Below, in pieces: positions 31,463 to 40,880 of a stretch of DNA of 64,000 nt (the first letter of the stretch is position 1; each line of letters opens with the position of its first letter). The translations under genes were made by a program, and so were the position numbers. The DNA comes from a virus. Location of the stretch: IMG/VR virus record IMGVR_UViG_3300044632_001398, positions 1-64,000 of that record. One strand, written 5' to 3'. Under the pieces are notes generated by a model. The model ran no database searches. It had not been told where the DNA came from and worked only from the letters and a program-made list of their open reading frames with translations.

Positions 31463-32606
31463 GTTTACATATATATCTGATGAAATTCATGACGAATTTG
31501 AAAAAATTTTAGATAGGATTAAATATAAATGGGATATTGAATATAACAAGATTGATTTTGAATTTAAGTATAATAAAAAAGTATATTATGTAATAGAACA
31601 ATCTTTTATTATTTCTAATGAAATTAATAAAATTGAAAAAATTAAAAACAGATTGTTAAATGATGACAATTTTAATTTATTGATATATTCGGCGCACGAA
31701 TCATTAGATAGTACAAAATTAATTTTTTTAAAAAATCTATTTAATGAATATAAGTTCAATGAGAAAAAAATACACTTAGTGAATAATGGTTCTAATTTAA
31801 ATGAACTGCAAATTAAATATAATACCAATTTTAATATATATAGATTGAACATATTATCAAATAATAAGATAGGTGATATGATACATTCTACCGATAGCTT
31901 TTTTAAAAAAAATAAATTAGGTAAATTTTTTATGACATTTAATAAAGAAGATAAAACACATCGTTATGGTTTGTTAATACTTCTGAAAAAATATAATTTA
32001 TTAGAACAAACAAATTGGTCATTCTTACCAACTAATAAAGGGTTAATAAATACGGATAGGTTAAAAAAAATAATGAATGAAGATTTAGTCACCACACTTT
32101 CAAATGAAATTGAATATTTTAAAAATTTAGAATATAAATTTAGTGATTACGAACCTGAGATAGAATTTAATAGAGGAGTAGTTATAGAATTGACTATGAA
32201 TGAGAATATAAAAAATTATGAAAATAGTTATGTAAATTTGACAACCGAATCTGTTTTTGATGAAGGGGGTGAATTAATACACATAACAGAAAAGTCTTAT
32301 AAACCATTTTACTATTATCAGTTTCCATTAATTATGGCAAGTAAAAACCATATAAAAAAAATGAAGGAATTATATGACTTGGACTTTTTTGAGGACATGA
32401 TTGATTATTCATATGATAATGTCATTAACAATGAAGAAAGATTTAAATTATATTTTAAGGAAATCTTAAGAATTAATGATAATAAACAAATGTTCATTGA
32501 ATTCTATAATAATAATCAATATAGGTTTGAACAAAATAAACAAAAAGTAATAAATATTATGGATTTATTATTCAACGACTATCAATACTTCACAAATTTA
32601 ATATAA
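31449..32606 (+). CDS. GT10-like putative glycosyltransferase (member 4)
   Basis: FMTFNK..KTHR, YVNLTTES, ITEKSYKPFYYYQFP. Confidence 0.55.
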   Translation: MVENKFTYISDEIHDEFEKILDRIKYKWDIEYNKIDFEFKYNKKVYYVIEQSFIISNEINKIEKIKNRLLNDDNFNLLIYSAHESLDSTKLIFLKNLFNEYKFNEKKIHLVNNGSNLNELQIKYNTNFNIYRLNILSNNKIGDMIHSTDSFFKKNKLGKFFMTFNKEDKTHRYGLLILLKKYNLLEQTNWSFLPTNKGLINTDRLKKIMNEDLVTTLSNEIEYFKNLEYKFSDYEPEIEFNRGVVIELTMNENIKNYENSYVNLTTESVFDEGGELIHITEKSYKPFYYYQFPLIMASKNHIKKMKELYDLDFFEDMIDYSYDNVINNEERFKLYFKEILRINDNKQMFIEFYNNNQYRFEQNKQKVINIMDLLFNDYQYFTNLI

Positions 32607-33904
32607 TGCAAAAAGTTTTTAATTTAGTATACGACAGGTGGGATGACGAAAGCGGAATACCATACCCAAACTTAAAATTGAATTTCCCAACTTTACATAT
32701 GAACGACCCCGATAATTTAATCTTACATTATATGGATGACACTTCATTTACTGATAAGTTTAAAAAAAAGAAATGTAAACTTGGTGAAGTTATAGATAAC
32801 ATTAATCAAAATTACTATTTCATAATCAGTCACGGAGGTGTAAATGCACATGAAATGTTTATTGACGAAAGAGATATTCATAATGTTAAAATATTAGACC
32901 CTTTAGACTTCCACATAAAAGATTTTCTTAAAAAATATGACAATTTTTATGTTATATTTTTAACAGAACATGAACCTGACAATGAAAAAAGTTTTAGACT
33001 TATTAACAAATATATGATTGATAATGGAATTGATACAAAAAAAATATATATAGTCAACAATAATTCTAAGTTAGAAGAATATAAAGAAAAATATAATAGT
33101 GAAATTAATGTATACAAATTAAATTTTATTCCTCATTCATCAACTAAAGTTTTAGATAAAATGGGAGGATGTGATTTTGTTGATAATAAAAAAGGTAAAT
33201 TTTTTATGTGTTTTAATAAATCACCAAAAGTACACAGATACGCATTTTTATGTATGATAAAAAAGGAGGGACTATTAGAAGAAATTAATTGGTCATTGGT
33301 ACCTGGCTGGGACTGTAGTCCAAAAGATGATTTTTATACTAAGATATTCACATATGATGATAAAAAATATTACAACGATGAAATTGAGTATTTTTTTAAA
33401 TTAAAATTTAAAAGAAGTGAATATGAAGAAGATAAAGGTTGGTTTAATCAATTTAACGAAATTAATACTGAGGGGTTCCCAATTTGGCTTCACAACCCCG
33501 AATTAATGGAAAACTATGAAAGTTCATATGTAAACATAATAACAGAATCTATGTTTTTAGATGAGAATAATAATGTACATATTTCCGAAAAATCATTTAA
33601 ACCTCTATTTTATTATCAATTTCCATTAATATTATCATCTTTTGGACACATAAAAAAAATGAAGGAATTACATGGATTTGATTTCTTTGATGACATAGTG
33701 GACCATAGTTATGACAATGAACCTAATCAAAGAAAAAGACTTGATATGTTTGTAAATGAAATTAAACGACTAAACAATATGAAGGATGAACTCATTTATT
33801 TTTATAAAAATAATAAAATAAGATTTCAAGAAAATAAAAATAAAGTAATTGATATATTAAAAATAGTTGATGAAGATTATAAATTTTTTGATAGTTTAAT
33901 ATGA
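32606..33904 (+). CDS. GT10-like putative glycosyltransferase (member 5)
   Basis: FMCFNKSPKVHR, YVNIITES, ISEKSFKPLFYYQFP. Confidence 0.55.
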   Translation: MQKVFNLVYDRWDDESGIPYPNLKLNFPTLHMNDPDNLILHYMDDTSFTDKFKKKKCKLGEVIDNINQNYYFIISHGGVNAHEMFIDERDIHNVKILDPLDFHIKDFLKKYDNFYVIFLTEHEPDNEKSFRLINKYMIDNGIDTKKIYIVNNNSKLEEYKEKYNSEINVYKLNFIPHSSTKVLDKMGGCDFVDNKKGKFFMCFNKSPKVHRYAFLCMIKKEGLLEEINWSLVPGWDCSPKDDFYTKIFTYDDKKYYNDEIEYFFKLKFKRSEYEEDKGWFNQFNEINTEGFPIWLHNPELMENYESSYVNIITESMFLDENNNVHISEKSFKPLFYYQFPLILSSFGHIKKMKELHGFDFFDDIVDHSYDNEPNQRKRLDMFVNEIKRLNNMKDELIYFYKNNKIRFQENKNKVIDILKIVDEDYKFFDSLI

Positions 33905-34467
33905 ATAAACTACTAATAACAGGAGATAGTTTTGCCGCAGATTGGACCAAAAAATACGAAGGTATTGGATGGGTTAATATGTTGTGTGATGAATTTGATG
34001 TGACTAACATAGCTCAAGCGGGGGTTAGTGAATATAAAATTCGTAAACAATTGTTATCTCAAGATATTACACAATATGATTATGTTTTAATATCACACAC
34101 CAGTCCGTATAGAATACCAATTATTGAACACCCAATACATTCAAACGATATATTACATAGAGATTGTGATTTAATATATAGTGACATAAAAGAACACGTT
34201 AAAAATCCAATAGCAAAAACGGCAGTTGATTTTTATGAAAATATATTTTATCCAGAATATTTTATATATACGTATGAATTAATAATGAATGAAATCCAAG
34301 TTAATTACCCAAATGCAATAAACATTACATTTTTTGATAGTTTTAAAAATGATAAAGTTTATGGTTTTGAAGACGTGTATTTAAATAATAAGGGGTTGAT
34401 GAACCATATGAATAACAAAGGAAATAAGATAATATATAATAAAGTTAAAAAATTAATTAATGAATAA
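33901..34467 (+). CDS. SGNH-like protein
   Basis: TGDSFA, NIAQAGVS, NHMN. Confidence 0.7.
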   Translation: MNKLLITGDSFAADWTKKYEGIGWVNMLCDEFDVTNIAQAGVSEYKIRKQLLSQDITQYDYVLISHTSPYRIPIIEHPIHSNDILHRDCDLIYSDIKEHVKNPIAKTAVDFYENIFYPEYFIYTYELIMNEIQVNYPNAINITFFDSFKNDKVYGFEDVYLNNKGLMNHMNNKGNKIIYNKVKKLINE

Positions 34468-35194
34468 ACTTTGGACATTTGGGTGTAGTTTCACACATGG
34501 GTTTCATTTGGATGATTTTTCAAATGGAAGTAATATAATGATTCAATATTATAATTGGAGAAATAAAACGTTACCTAAAATATGGCCCGAAATTTTATCA
34601 GAAAAATTGGAATTGGAACTAGAAAATCATGCGTGGCCTGGTTCATCCATTTATAAAATATTTGATAGATTTTGTAAACAATGTCATAAATTTAAAAAGG
34701 GAGATGTGATAATTTATGAATGGACAAGAATTCATCGTTTTAGAATGTATGAATCTGGTATTAACGGATGTCTCCCAACAATATTACCAATTTTTAATCC
34801 AAATATAGATAATGGTAGTCAACCAATAACAAAAAAAGCCATTATTGAAATACAGGTTAATAGAACCGAGAGACCATGGGTTGAAGAAATATATTCATTT
34901 CAAAAATTAATAATTGAAATTTGTAAATCAATAGGTTGTGAAATTTATATATGGTCCGCAGATGATTTTATAATCAATAGAGAATCTCAAGAGTTTAAAG
35001 ATAGTATTAATTGTTTAATACCACACGCAACTCATGACGTAACTCAATATTTGAGATTGGTTTATGGTGCAAATACAATATGGGAAGATACTGATAAAAA
35101 AGTTGATGACCAACAACATTACGGTGAAACGGGACATAAGGTAATGGCGGAAATGTTTTATGATGATATAATAAATTATAGAAATAAAAAATAA
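34460..35194 (+). CDS. SGNH-like protein
   Basis: FGCSFT, NHAWPGSS, DQQHYGETGH. Confidence 0.7.
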   Translation: MNKLWTFGCSFTHGFHLDDFSNGSNIMIQYYNWRNKTLPKIWPEILSEKLELELENHAWPGSSIYKIFDRFCKQCHKFKKGDVIIYEWTRIHRFRMYESGINGCLPTILPIFNPNIDNGSQPITKKAIIEIQVNRTERPWVEEIYSFQKLIIEICKSIGCEIYIWSADDFIINRESQEFKDSINCLIPHATHDVTQYLRLVYGANTIWEDTDKKVDDQQHYGETGHKVMAEMFYDDIINYRNKK

Positions 35195-35901
35195 TGAAAA
35201 CACTTTGGATATTTGGAGACAGCTTTAGTTCTGATTATGATTATAATCACCTACACGAGAACCATATAAAGTATATGGAAATTAAAAACATTAATACAAT
35301 TCCAACTTGGTCAACTATATTGGGAGATAAATTAATGTGTAATGTTAAAAATTTAGCAAAGGGAGAAAATTCCAATTATGATATTTTTCAAAACTTTTGT
35401 GACAACTGTAGTTTAATTGATAATGAGGATATTGTTATTATCGGATGGTCATTAATATCTAAGTTTAGAATTTCACTCAATAATCAATTTGTTAGTATTG
35501 GTCCTGATTCCAATAGAGATTATGGTTCCGTTTCAAAAGATACAATAAAAGAAATTATAGACAATAGAACTATGTTATATGAAAATAAACGAGATAGATG
35601 GGCCGAAGAAATTTATTTTTGGGAAAATGCAATAAGAACCCTATCAAAACACAAAAATTTTAAAGTTTATTTTTGGACGTCAGAAGAACCAAGATTAATT
35701 TATTCTGAAAATAAAGAATTTAAAGAAAATAAAAATTATTTGTGTTCCGAAAGTGAAGAAATGTTATTATCTTATTTAAATAAATTAGGTTGTACATCTA
35801 TGAGTGATGAAACTAATGGTATTGTTGGTGATTCACACTATGGTATTGATGGACACGAAAAACAAGCAGATATTTTTTTTAATGATATTATAAATGGATA
35901 A
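35194..35901 (+). CDS. SGNH-like protein
   Basis: FGDSFS, NLAKG..SN, DSHYGIDGH. Confidence 0.7.
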   Translation: MKTLWIFGDSFSSDYDYNHLHENHIKYMEIKNINTIPTWSTILGDKLMCNVKNLAKGENSNYDIFQNFCDNCSLIDNEDIVIIGWSLISKFRISLNNQFVSIGPDSNRDYGSVSKDTIKEIIDNRTMLYENKRDRWAEEIYFWENAIRTLSKHKNFKVYFWTSEEPRLIYSENKEFKENKNYLCSESEEMLLSYLNKLGCTSMSDETNGIVGDSHYGIDGHEKQADIFFNDIING

Positions 35902-36694
35902 AAATAAAAATACTTTATGGACCTTTGGTTGTAGTTTTACCGCAGAATACGAACCAATTGATAATGTACATTCACCTTACGAAAACAATTACGATAGATA
36001 TAGAAATTGGAGAGGAGGAAATTTACCTCCGACATGGCCAAATATTATGGCTAAGTTTATGGATTATAATGTAATGAATTGTGCATTAGGAGGCTCATCT
36101 AACTATAATATTTTAATGCAGTTTTCAAATATATCACATTTAATAAAAAAAGATGATATCCTTATTTTTGGTTGGAGTAAATTAACAAGATTTATTGCGG
36201 CAAATTTCGTAGAGAATATTTTTAATAATGTTTTACCTGTAGGTTCAAATTATAATGATTTAGGGATGTCTCAAAACACAATTGACGAAATATTAGTAAA
36301 TAGGACACATAAAATATGGAAATATGAAGTTCATAGTTGGATTAGAATTATTAGTTCACTTTGTAAAAATGTGGGTGCGGAAGATTTTCATTGGTCTAGT
36401 GATGAAAAAGTTTTTAGTGCGGAGGACAATAATATAATAAATGACTCAAAATATATTGTAGTAAGAGATCCGGCGGCAATTGAAAGTACTATATTCGTAG
36501 ACAAACATAACATGATGTGGTATTTAACACATCAAGATCATTATGGTGGTATACAAAAAGGAAAAATAATGGACGAAACCAATTATGAAATAATGGACGG
36601 TCATATGGGTGAATTAGGACATCAGTTACAGGCGGAAATATTTTTTGAACATTTATTAGACCACAGTGAAATTTTAAAAAGAAAAAGATTATGA
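35894..36694 (+). CDS. SGNH-like protein
   Basis: FGCSFT, NCALGGSSN, DGHMGELGH. Confidence 0.7.
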   Translation: MDKNKNTLWTFGCSFTAEYEPIDNVHSPYENNYDRYRNWRGGNLPPTWPNIMAKFMDYNVMNCALGGSSNYNILMQFSNISHLIKKDDILIFGWSKLTRFIAANFVENIFNNVLPVGSNYNDLGMSQNTIDEILVNRTHKIWKYEVHSWIRIISSLCKNVGAEDFHWSSDEKVFSAEDNNIINDSKYIVVRDPAAIESTIFVDKHNMMWYLTHQDHYGGIQKGKIMDETNYEIMDGHMGELGHQLQAEIFFEHLLDHSEILKRKRL

Positions 36695-37314
36695 GATTAA
36701 TATGTTTTGGGGATAGTTGGACTGCAGGACATGGAATTGAAACTGATGTAAAATATAAAGAAGAACCATTTCCTCATATGTTTATTCAAAAATTAAGAGA
36801 TATGAACTCATGGCCAAGATGGGTCTCGGATAAATTAAAATGTGAATATGTTAATTTAGGGGTATGTGGTTATGGAAACGAATATATTTTAAAAGATTTA
36901 AAAGAAACAATAGAAAATGGGTTTATCAATAAAGATGATATTGTTATTATAATGTTATCTTATCCATATCGTTATAAATCAAAAGATATCCATAATGTGA
37001 CTGAAATATATCTATTAATGGAAGAATTGTTAGAAGGATATAATCATTTTTACTTTAATTCTTTTTACCCATCGTTTAGGGAGGAGGATGTTGATACAAA
37101 AAAACTACCAGAGTATTTTATAAATCCCGATAGGTGTGTGTCTGATGTATTAAGAAAGTATGAAATAAAAAATGATATTAGTGTTTGGGAGTATGGGAGT
37201 AGAAGTGTGTGGAACGACGAAAAGAACTTTTACGAAGGAGATTATCATCCAAATTTAAAAGGTTATAAAATAATTGCCAAACACATATATGACGAAATTA
37301 AACGAAGAATCTAA
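36691..37314 (+). CDS. SGNH-like protein
   Basis: FGDSWTAG, NLGVCGYGN, DYHPNLKGY. Confidence 0.8.
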   Translation: MRLICFGDSWTAGHGIETDVKYKEEPFPHMFIQKLRDMNSWPRWVSDKLKCEYVNLGVCGYGNEYILKDLKETIENGFINKDDIVIIMLSYPYRYKSKDIHNVTEIYLLMEELLEGYNHFYFNSFYPSFREEDVDTKKLPEYFINPDRCVSDVLRKYEIKNDISVWEYGSRSVWNDEKNFYEGDYHPNLKGYKIIAKHIYDEIKRRI

Positions 37315-38023
37315 ATTAATTTGGGAACAATATTTGATTGAGGAATATGTCAAATATGTGGACTATATTCCAAGTATTTCAAAGGAAACAGACCATTATG
37401 CGGTTATAATTGAACCCAGAAATCATCCTGATTTACTTACAGTTATCAAATCAACTATGTTTCACTTAAACGAAACAAATTCACTCATAAAATGGGGACT
37501 ACAGATATTTTATGGTAATCAAAATGAAACTCAAGTACAAAATATATGTTCACTTATAAATAATGTTACTTGTGTTAATATGGATGTTGACAACCTAACA
37601 AACATTCAACATAGTGAATATATGGAAAGTGTAGATTTTTGGAGGAAAGTAAAGGGTAATAAGGCTTTAATTTTTCAAACAGATTCGTTATTATTAAGGA
37701 ACGGGATTGATGAGTTCTTAGAATACGATTATGTTGGTGCACCGTGGAGAAAACCTAAAGAGAATCAATGGGTTGGGAATGGTGGACTATCTCTGAGAAC
37801 TGTGAGTAAGATGGTAGAAATCTGTGAAAATAACCCTGTTACGGAACAGATTTGGGAGGATATTTATTTTATGAAACATATGAAGGGAGTCGGAGTTGCT
37901 GACATAGAAACCGCAATGAGATTTAGTATGGAGGATGTTTTTTCACCAAACCCCTTAGGAGTTCATAATCCGATAAGACACATAACACCAGAACAATTAA
38001 AAAAGGTTTTATATAAAAATTAA
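37289..38023 (+). CDS. DUF5672-like glycosyltransferase-related protein
   Basis: LIFQTDS, YDYVGAPW, VGNGGLSLR, EDIYF, A.RFS.E; start revised to MTKLN. Confidence 0.7.
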   Translation: MTKLNEESKLIWEQYLIEEYVKYVDYIPSISKETDHYAVIIEPRNHPDLLTVIKSTMFHLNETNSLIKWGLQIFYGNQNETQVQNICSLINNVTCVNMDVDNLTNIQHSEYMESVDFWRKVKGNKALIFQTDSLLLRNGIDEFLEYDYVGAPWRKPKENQWVGNGGLSLRTVSKMVEICENNPVTEQIWEDIYFMKHMKGVGVADIETAMRFSMEDVFSPNPLGVHNPIRHITPEQLKKVLYKN

Positions 38024-38026
38024 GTA

Positions 38027-39694
38027 ATGTATATAATAGGAATTTCAGCACTGTACCACGATTCATCTGTATGTTTATTCAGAGATAACCAATTAATATT
38101 TGCATGTGAAGAGGAGAAGTTTACAGGTATTAAACATGATAATTCCTTTCCTGAAGAAGCCCTGAAATATATATACAAACAATACAAATTAACACCAAAA
38201 AATGTACAGGCAGTTTGTTATTATGAAGACCCTAAATTAAAATATAAAAGGGTGATGGATAACATCAAACCTCAATGGTTGAAGAACCCAATTTATTCTT
38301 TGAAATCTTATTTAAAAATTAAAAAGAACGTTAAAGAAATTGATGAAAGATTAAGAAAAATATCACAAAATGTATTTTACTCAACACATCATGAGGCACA
38401 TCTTTATTATTCCTATTATACTTCATCTTTTGATGAAGCGACTTGTTTATCAATTGATGGTGTTGGTGAGATAGATACACTTTCTTTGGGTTACGCTGAC
38501 TATAAAGGTATCAAATACGAACCATTAGCTGAGTACCCACATTCAATGGGTTTATTTTATTCAGCAATGACTTCTTTCTTAGGGTTTAGACCAAACGAGG
38601 GTGAGTATAAGATGATGGGGTTAGCTCCTTATGGTGATTATAAAGTTCATATAAAAAACGCAAGGAAACTAATGAATTTTACTGATGGAAAATTAACTTG
38701 TAATTTGGATGTATTTTGTTGGCATAAAACCGATAAAACTATGTTCAATGAAAAATTACCAGAACTATTATCGGTATCACAAAGATTACCTGAAGAAGAA
38801 ATAACACAAGACCATAAAGATTTAGCAGCTTCAATACAAAGAGTTTATGAAGAGGTATTGTTTGATGTGATGAAACACGTTAAAAAGAAAACTAAAAACA
38901 AAAATTTATGTTTAGGTGGTGGTTGCGCTTATAATGGTACCGCAAATGGTAAGATAGTAGAAAAAACACATTTTGAACATTTGTGGATACCACCTGCACC
39001 TTCTGATGCGGGATCTGCAATAGGTGCTGTTGTTCATTATTTAGTGAAAGAAAGAAAAGTAAGAAGTAAAATCACAAGAAACCCATTCTTGGGACCACAA
39101 TATTATTACGATGATATTAAAAAAGTAATTACACCGTATCACTACAAAAAATTTGAGTCAGAACGAAAATTAAAAGAATTTATTGCTCTTAGATTAAATG
39201 AAGGTAAAGTCGTTGGTTGGTATCAAGGACATATTGAGTTCGGTTCAAGAGCATTGGGTAATAGATCAATATTAGCAAACCCAACATTCCCTGACATGAA
39301 AGATAAAATTAATCGTGTTATTAAGAAAAGAGAAGGATTTAGACCTTTCGCACCTATGGTTATTAAAGACGAACAACACACATATTTTGATATGGTAGAT
39401 GACGTTCCTTATATGAACCAAGTGGTTAAGGTTAAAGAAGAATATAAAGATAAATTACCGGCGGTTACTCACGTTGATGGTAGTGCTAGAGTCCAAACTG
39501 TATATAAACATACCTTAATTTACGATTTACTATTAGAATTTAAAAAACTTAGTGGTTACCCAATTCTTTTGAATACGTCGTTTAACGTAAAAGATAAAAC
39601 AATGGTACTAACACCAAAAGATGCGGTGGAAACATACTTTGATACTGAGATGGATATTTTAGTTATGGGTAATTATGTAATGTATAAAAAATAA
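38027..39694 (+). CDS. O-carbamoyltransferase (NodU/CmcH family)
   Basis: GISALYHDSS, HHEAH, DGVGE, EGEYKMMGLAPYG, EFGSRALGNRSIL, THVDGSARVQTV, LNTSFN. Confidence 0.95.
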   Translation: MYIIGISALYHDSSVCLFRDNQLIFACEEEKFTGIKHDNSFPEEALKYIYKQYKLTPKNVQAVCYYEDPKLKYKRVMDNIKPQWLKNPIYSLKSYLKIKKNVKEIDERLRKISQNVFYSTHHEAHLYYSYYTSSFDEATCLSIDGVGEIDTLSLGYADYKGIKYEPLAEYPHSMGLFYSAMTSFLGFRPNEGEYKMMGLAPYGDYKVHIKNARKLMNFTDGKLTCNLDVFCWHKTDKTMFNEKLPELLSVSQRLPEEEITQDHKDLAASIQRVYEEVLFDVMKHVKKKTKNKNLCLGGGCAYNGTANGKIVEKTHFEHLWIPPAPSDAGSAIGAVVHYLVKERKVRSKITRNPFLGPQYYYDDIKKVITPYHYKKFESERKLKEFIALRLNEGKVVGWYQGHIEFGSRALGNRSILANPTFPDMKDKINRVIKKREGFRPFAPMVIKDEQHTYFDMVDDVPYMNQVVKVKEEYKDKLPAVTHVDGSARVQTVYKHTLIYDLLLEFKKLSGYPILLNTSFNVKDKTMVLTPKDAVETYFDTEMDILVMGNYVMYKK

Positions 39695-39699
39695 AAATT

Positions 39700-39816
39700 A
39701 TGAAAAAATTAATCAATTGGGTAAAGAAATACTTTGCCGATAAGAAAAGAAAGAAGGAATTTAAAAAGAAATTAGAAGAATTACGTAAAAGAGATCCATT
39801 TATTTACAATCATTAA
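39700..39816 (+). CDS. 38-aa basic peptide ending RDPFIYNH (carbamoyltransferase-associated small protein)
   Basis: Unlisted ORF MKKLINWVKKYFADKKRKKEFKKKLEELRKRDPFIYNH filling the gap. Confidence 0.65.
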   Translation: MKKLINWVKKYFADKKRKKEFKKKLEELRKRDPFIYNH

Positions 39817-39847
39817 TTTGTTTTTTGAAATTCTTTTTGTATATTAA
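39817..39847 (+). promoter_or_regulatory. Class II promoter TTTG-N19-TATATTAA
   Basis: 3 nt before ATG 39851. Confidence 0.6.
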
Positions 39848-39850
39848 AGT

Positions 39851-40288
39851 ATGATATATTGGTTAACAGGACAACCTGCGGCAGGTAAAACAACATTGGC
39901 AACTTGGATTCAATCAAGTTTCCCTAATAAGTCTATAATTGTGGATGGTGATGATATTAGAGAGATATTCGTAAATAAAGACTATTCAGAGGAAGGAAGG
40001 AAGAAAAACATTGAAAAGGCTCAGATTTTGGCTAAGTTCCTTCATCATAAGGGTTATATTGTTATAGTATCGTTAGTTTCACCATACAGAGATCAAAGGG
40101 AAGAGTTTAAAAACGAAATGGGGGAAAACCTAAGGGAAATCTATGTACATACCACCCAAGATAGAGGACGTAATCATTTTCACGTTGAGGGGTATGAACC
40201 ACCTTTGGAAAACTATTTTGACTGCGACACTACCGATAGTAGTGAATATCACACATTTTTAGAATTAAGAAGAAAATTAAATATATAA
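39851..40288 (+). CDS. cysC: Adenylyl-sulfate (APS) kinase
   Basis: WLTGQPAAGKTT, DGDDIR, SLVSPYR, YEPP. Confidence 0.9.
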   Translation: MIYWLTGQPAAGKTTLATWIQSSFPNKSIIVDGDDIREIFVNKDYSEEGRKKNIEKAQILAKFLHHKGYIVIVSLVSPYRDQREEFKNEMGENLREIYVHTTQDRGRNHFHVEGYEPPLENYFDCDTTDSSEYHTFLELRRKLNI

Positions 40289-40291
40289 TAT

Positions 40292-40654
40292 ATGAGTAAG
40301 AAATATGCGATGTATGTGGGTCGTTGGCAAAATTGGCATAAGGGTCACGAATGGTTAATTAACCAACAATTAGAAAAGGGTAAAGATGTGTGGGTAGCAA
40401 TTAGAAATGTTCCAACTGATGAAAATAACCCTAAAACTGCTCAAGAAGTGATGATGGAATTAGCGGGAGAACCGTTTTTTATGGAAAATTCACATAGAAT
40501 TAACATATCTATTATACCGGACATTGAAAGTATAAATTATGGTCGTGGAGTGGGTTATGATGTTATTTATCATGAACCACCACCTGAGGTAGAAGTAATA
40601 AGTGGAACTAAAATCCGTAATGGGGAAATGAATTCAGATGGTAGTAGAGCGTAA
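40292..40654 (+). CDS. HxGH nucleotidyltransferase (possible minimal ATP sulfurylase)
   Basis: GRWQNWHKGH and ISGTKIR; adjacent to cysC. Confidence 0.7.
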   Translation: MSKKYAMYVGRWQNWHKGHEWLINQQLEKGKDVWVAIRNVPTDENNPKTAQEVMMELAGEPFFMENSHRINISIIPDIESINYGRGVGYDVIYHEPPPEVEVISGTKIRNGEMNSDGSRA

Positions 40655-40853
40655 ACGACATATAGCTAAAACCATTTCATATCGTATTGTAAGTACCCTA
40701 ATTGGGTTCATTATAATGTGGTGGGTAAGTGGATCGATTAAGGTTGGGGCGGCATTTGGGGTAGCGGAATTGATATATAAACCCATTCAATACTATCTAC
40801 ACGAAAGAATTTGGTATAAATGGATAAAATTTGGACTAAAAGATAAAAAATAA
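40638..40853 (+). CDS. DUF2061-like small membrane protein
   Basis: RHIAKTISYR...YYLHERIW. Confidence 0.8.
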   Translation: MVVERKRHIAKTISYRIVSTLIGFIIMWWVSGSIKVGAAFGVAELIYKPIQYYLHERIWYKWIKFGLKDKK

Positions 40854-40854
40854 G

Positions 40855-40862
40855 TATTTATA
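40855..40862 (+). promoter_or_regulatory. Class I TATTTATA motif
   Basis: In the 27-nt gap before ORF 40881. Confidence 0.55.
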
Positions 40863-40880
40863 TAAAGAAACTAAAAAAAT

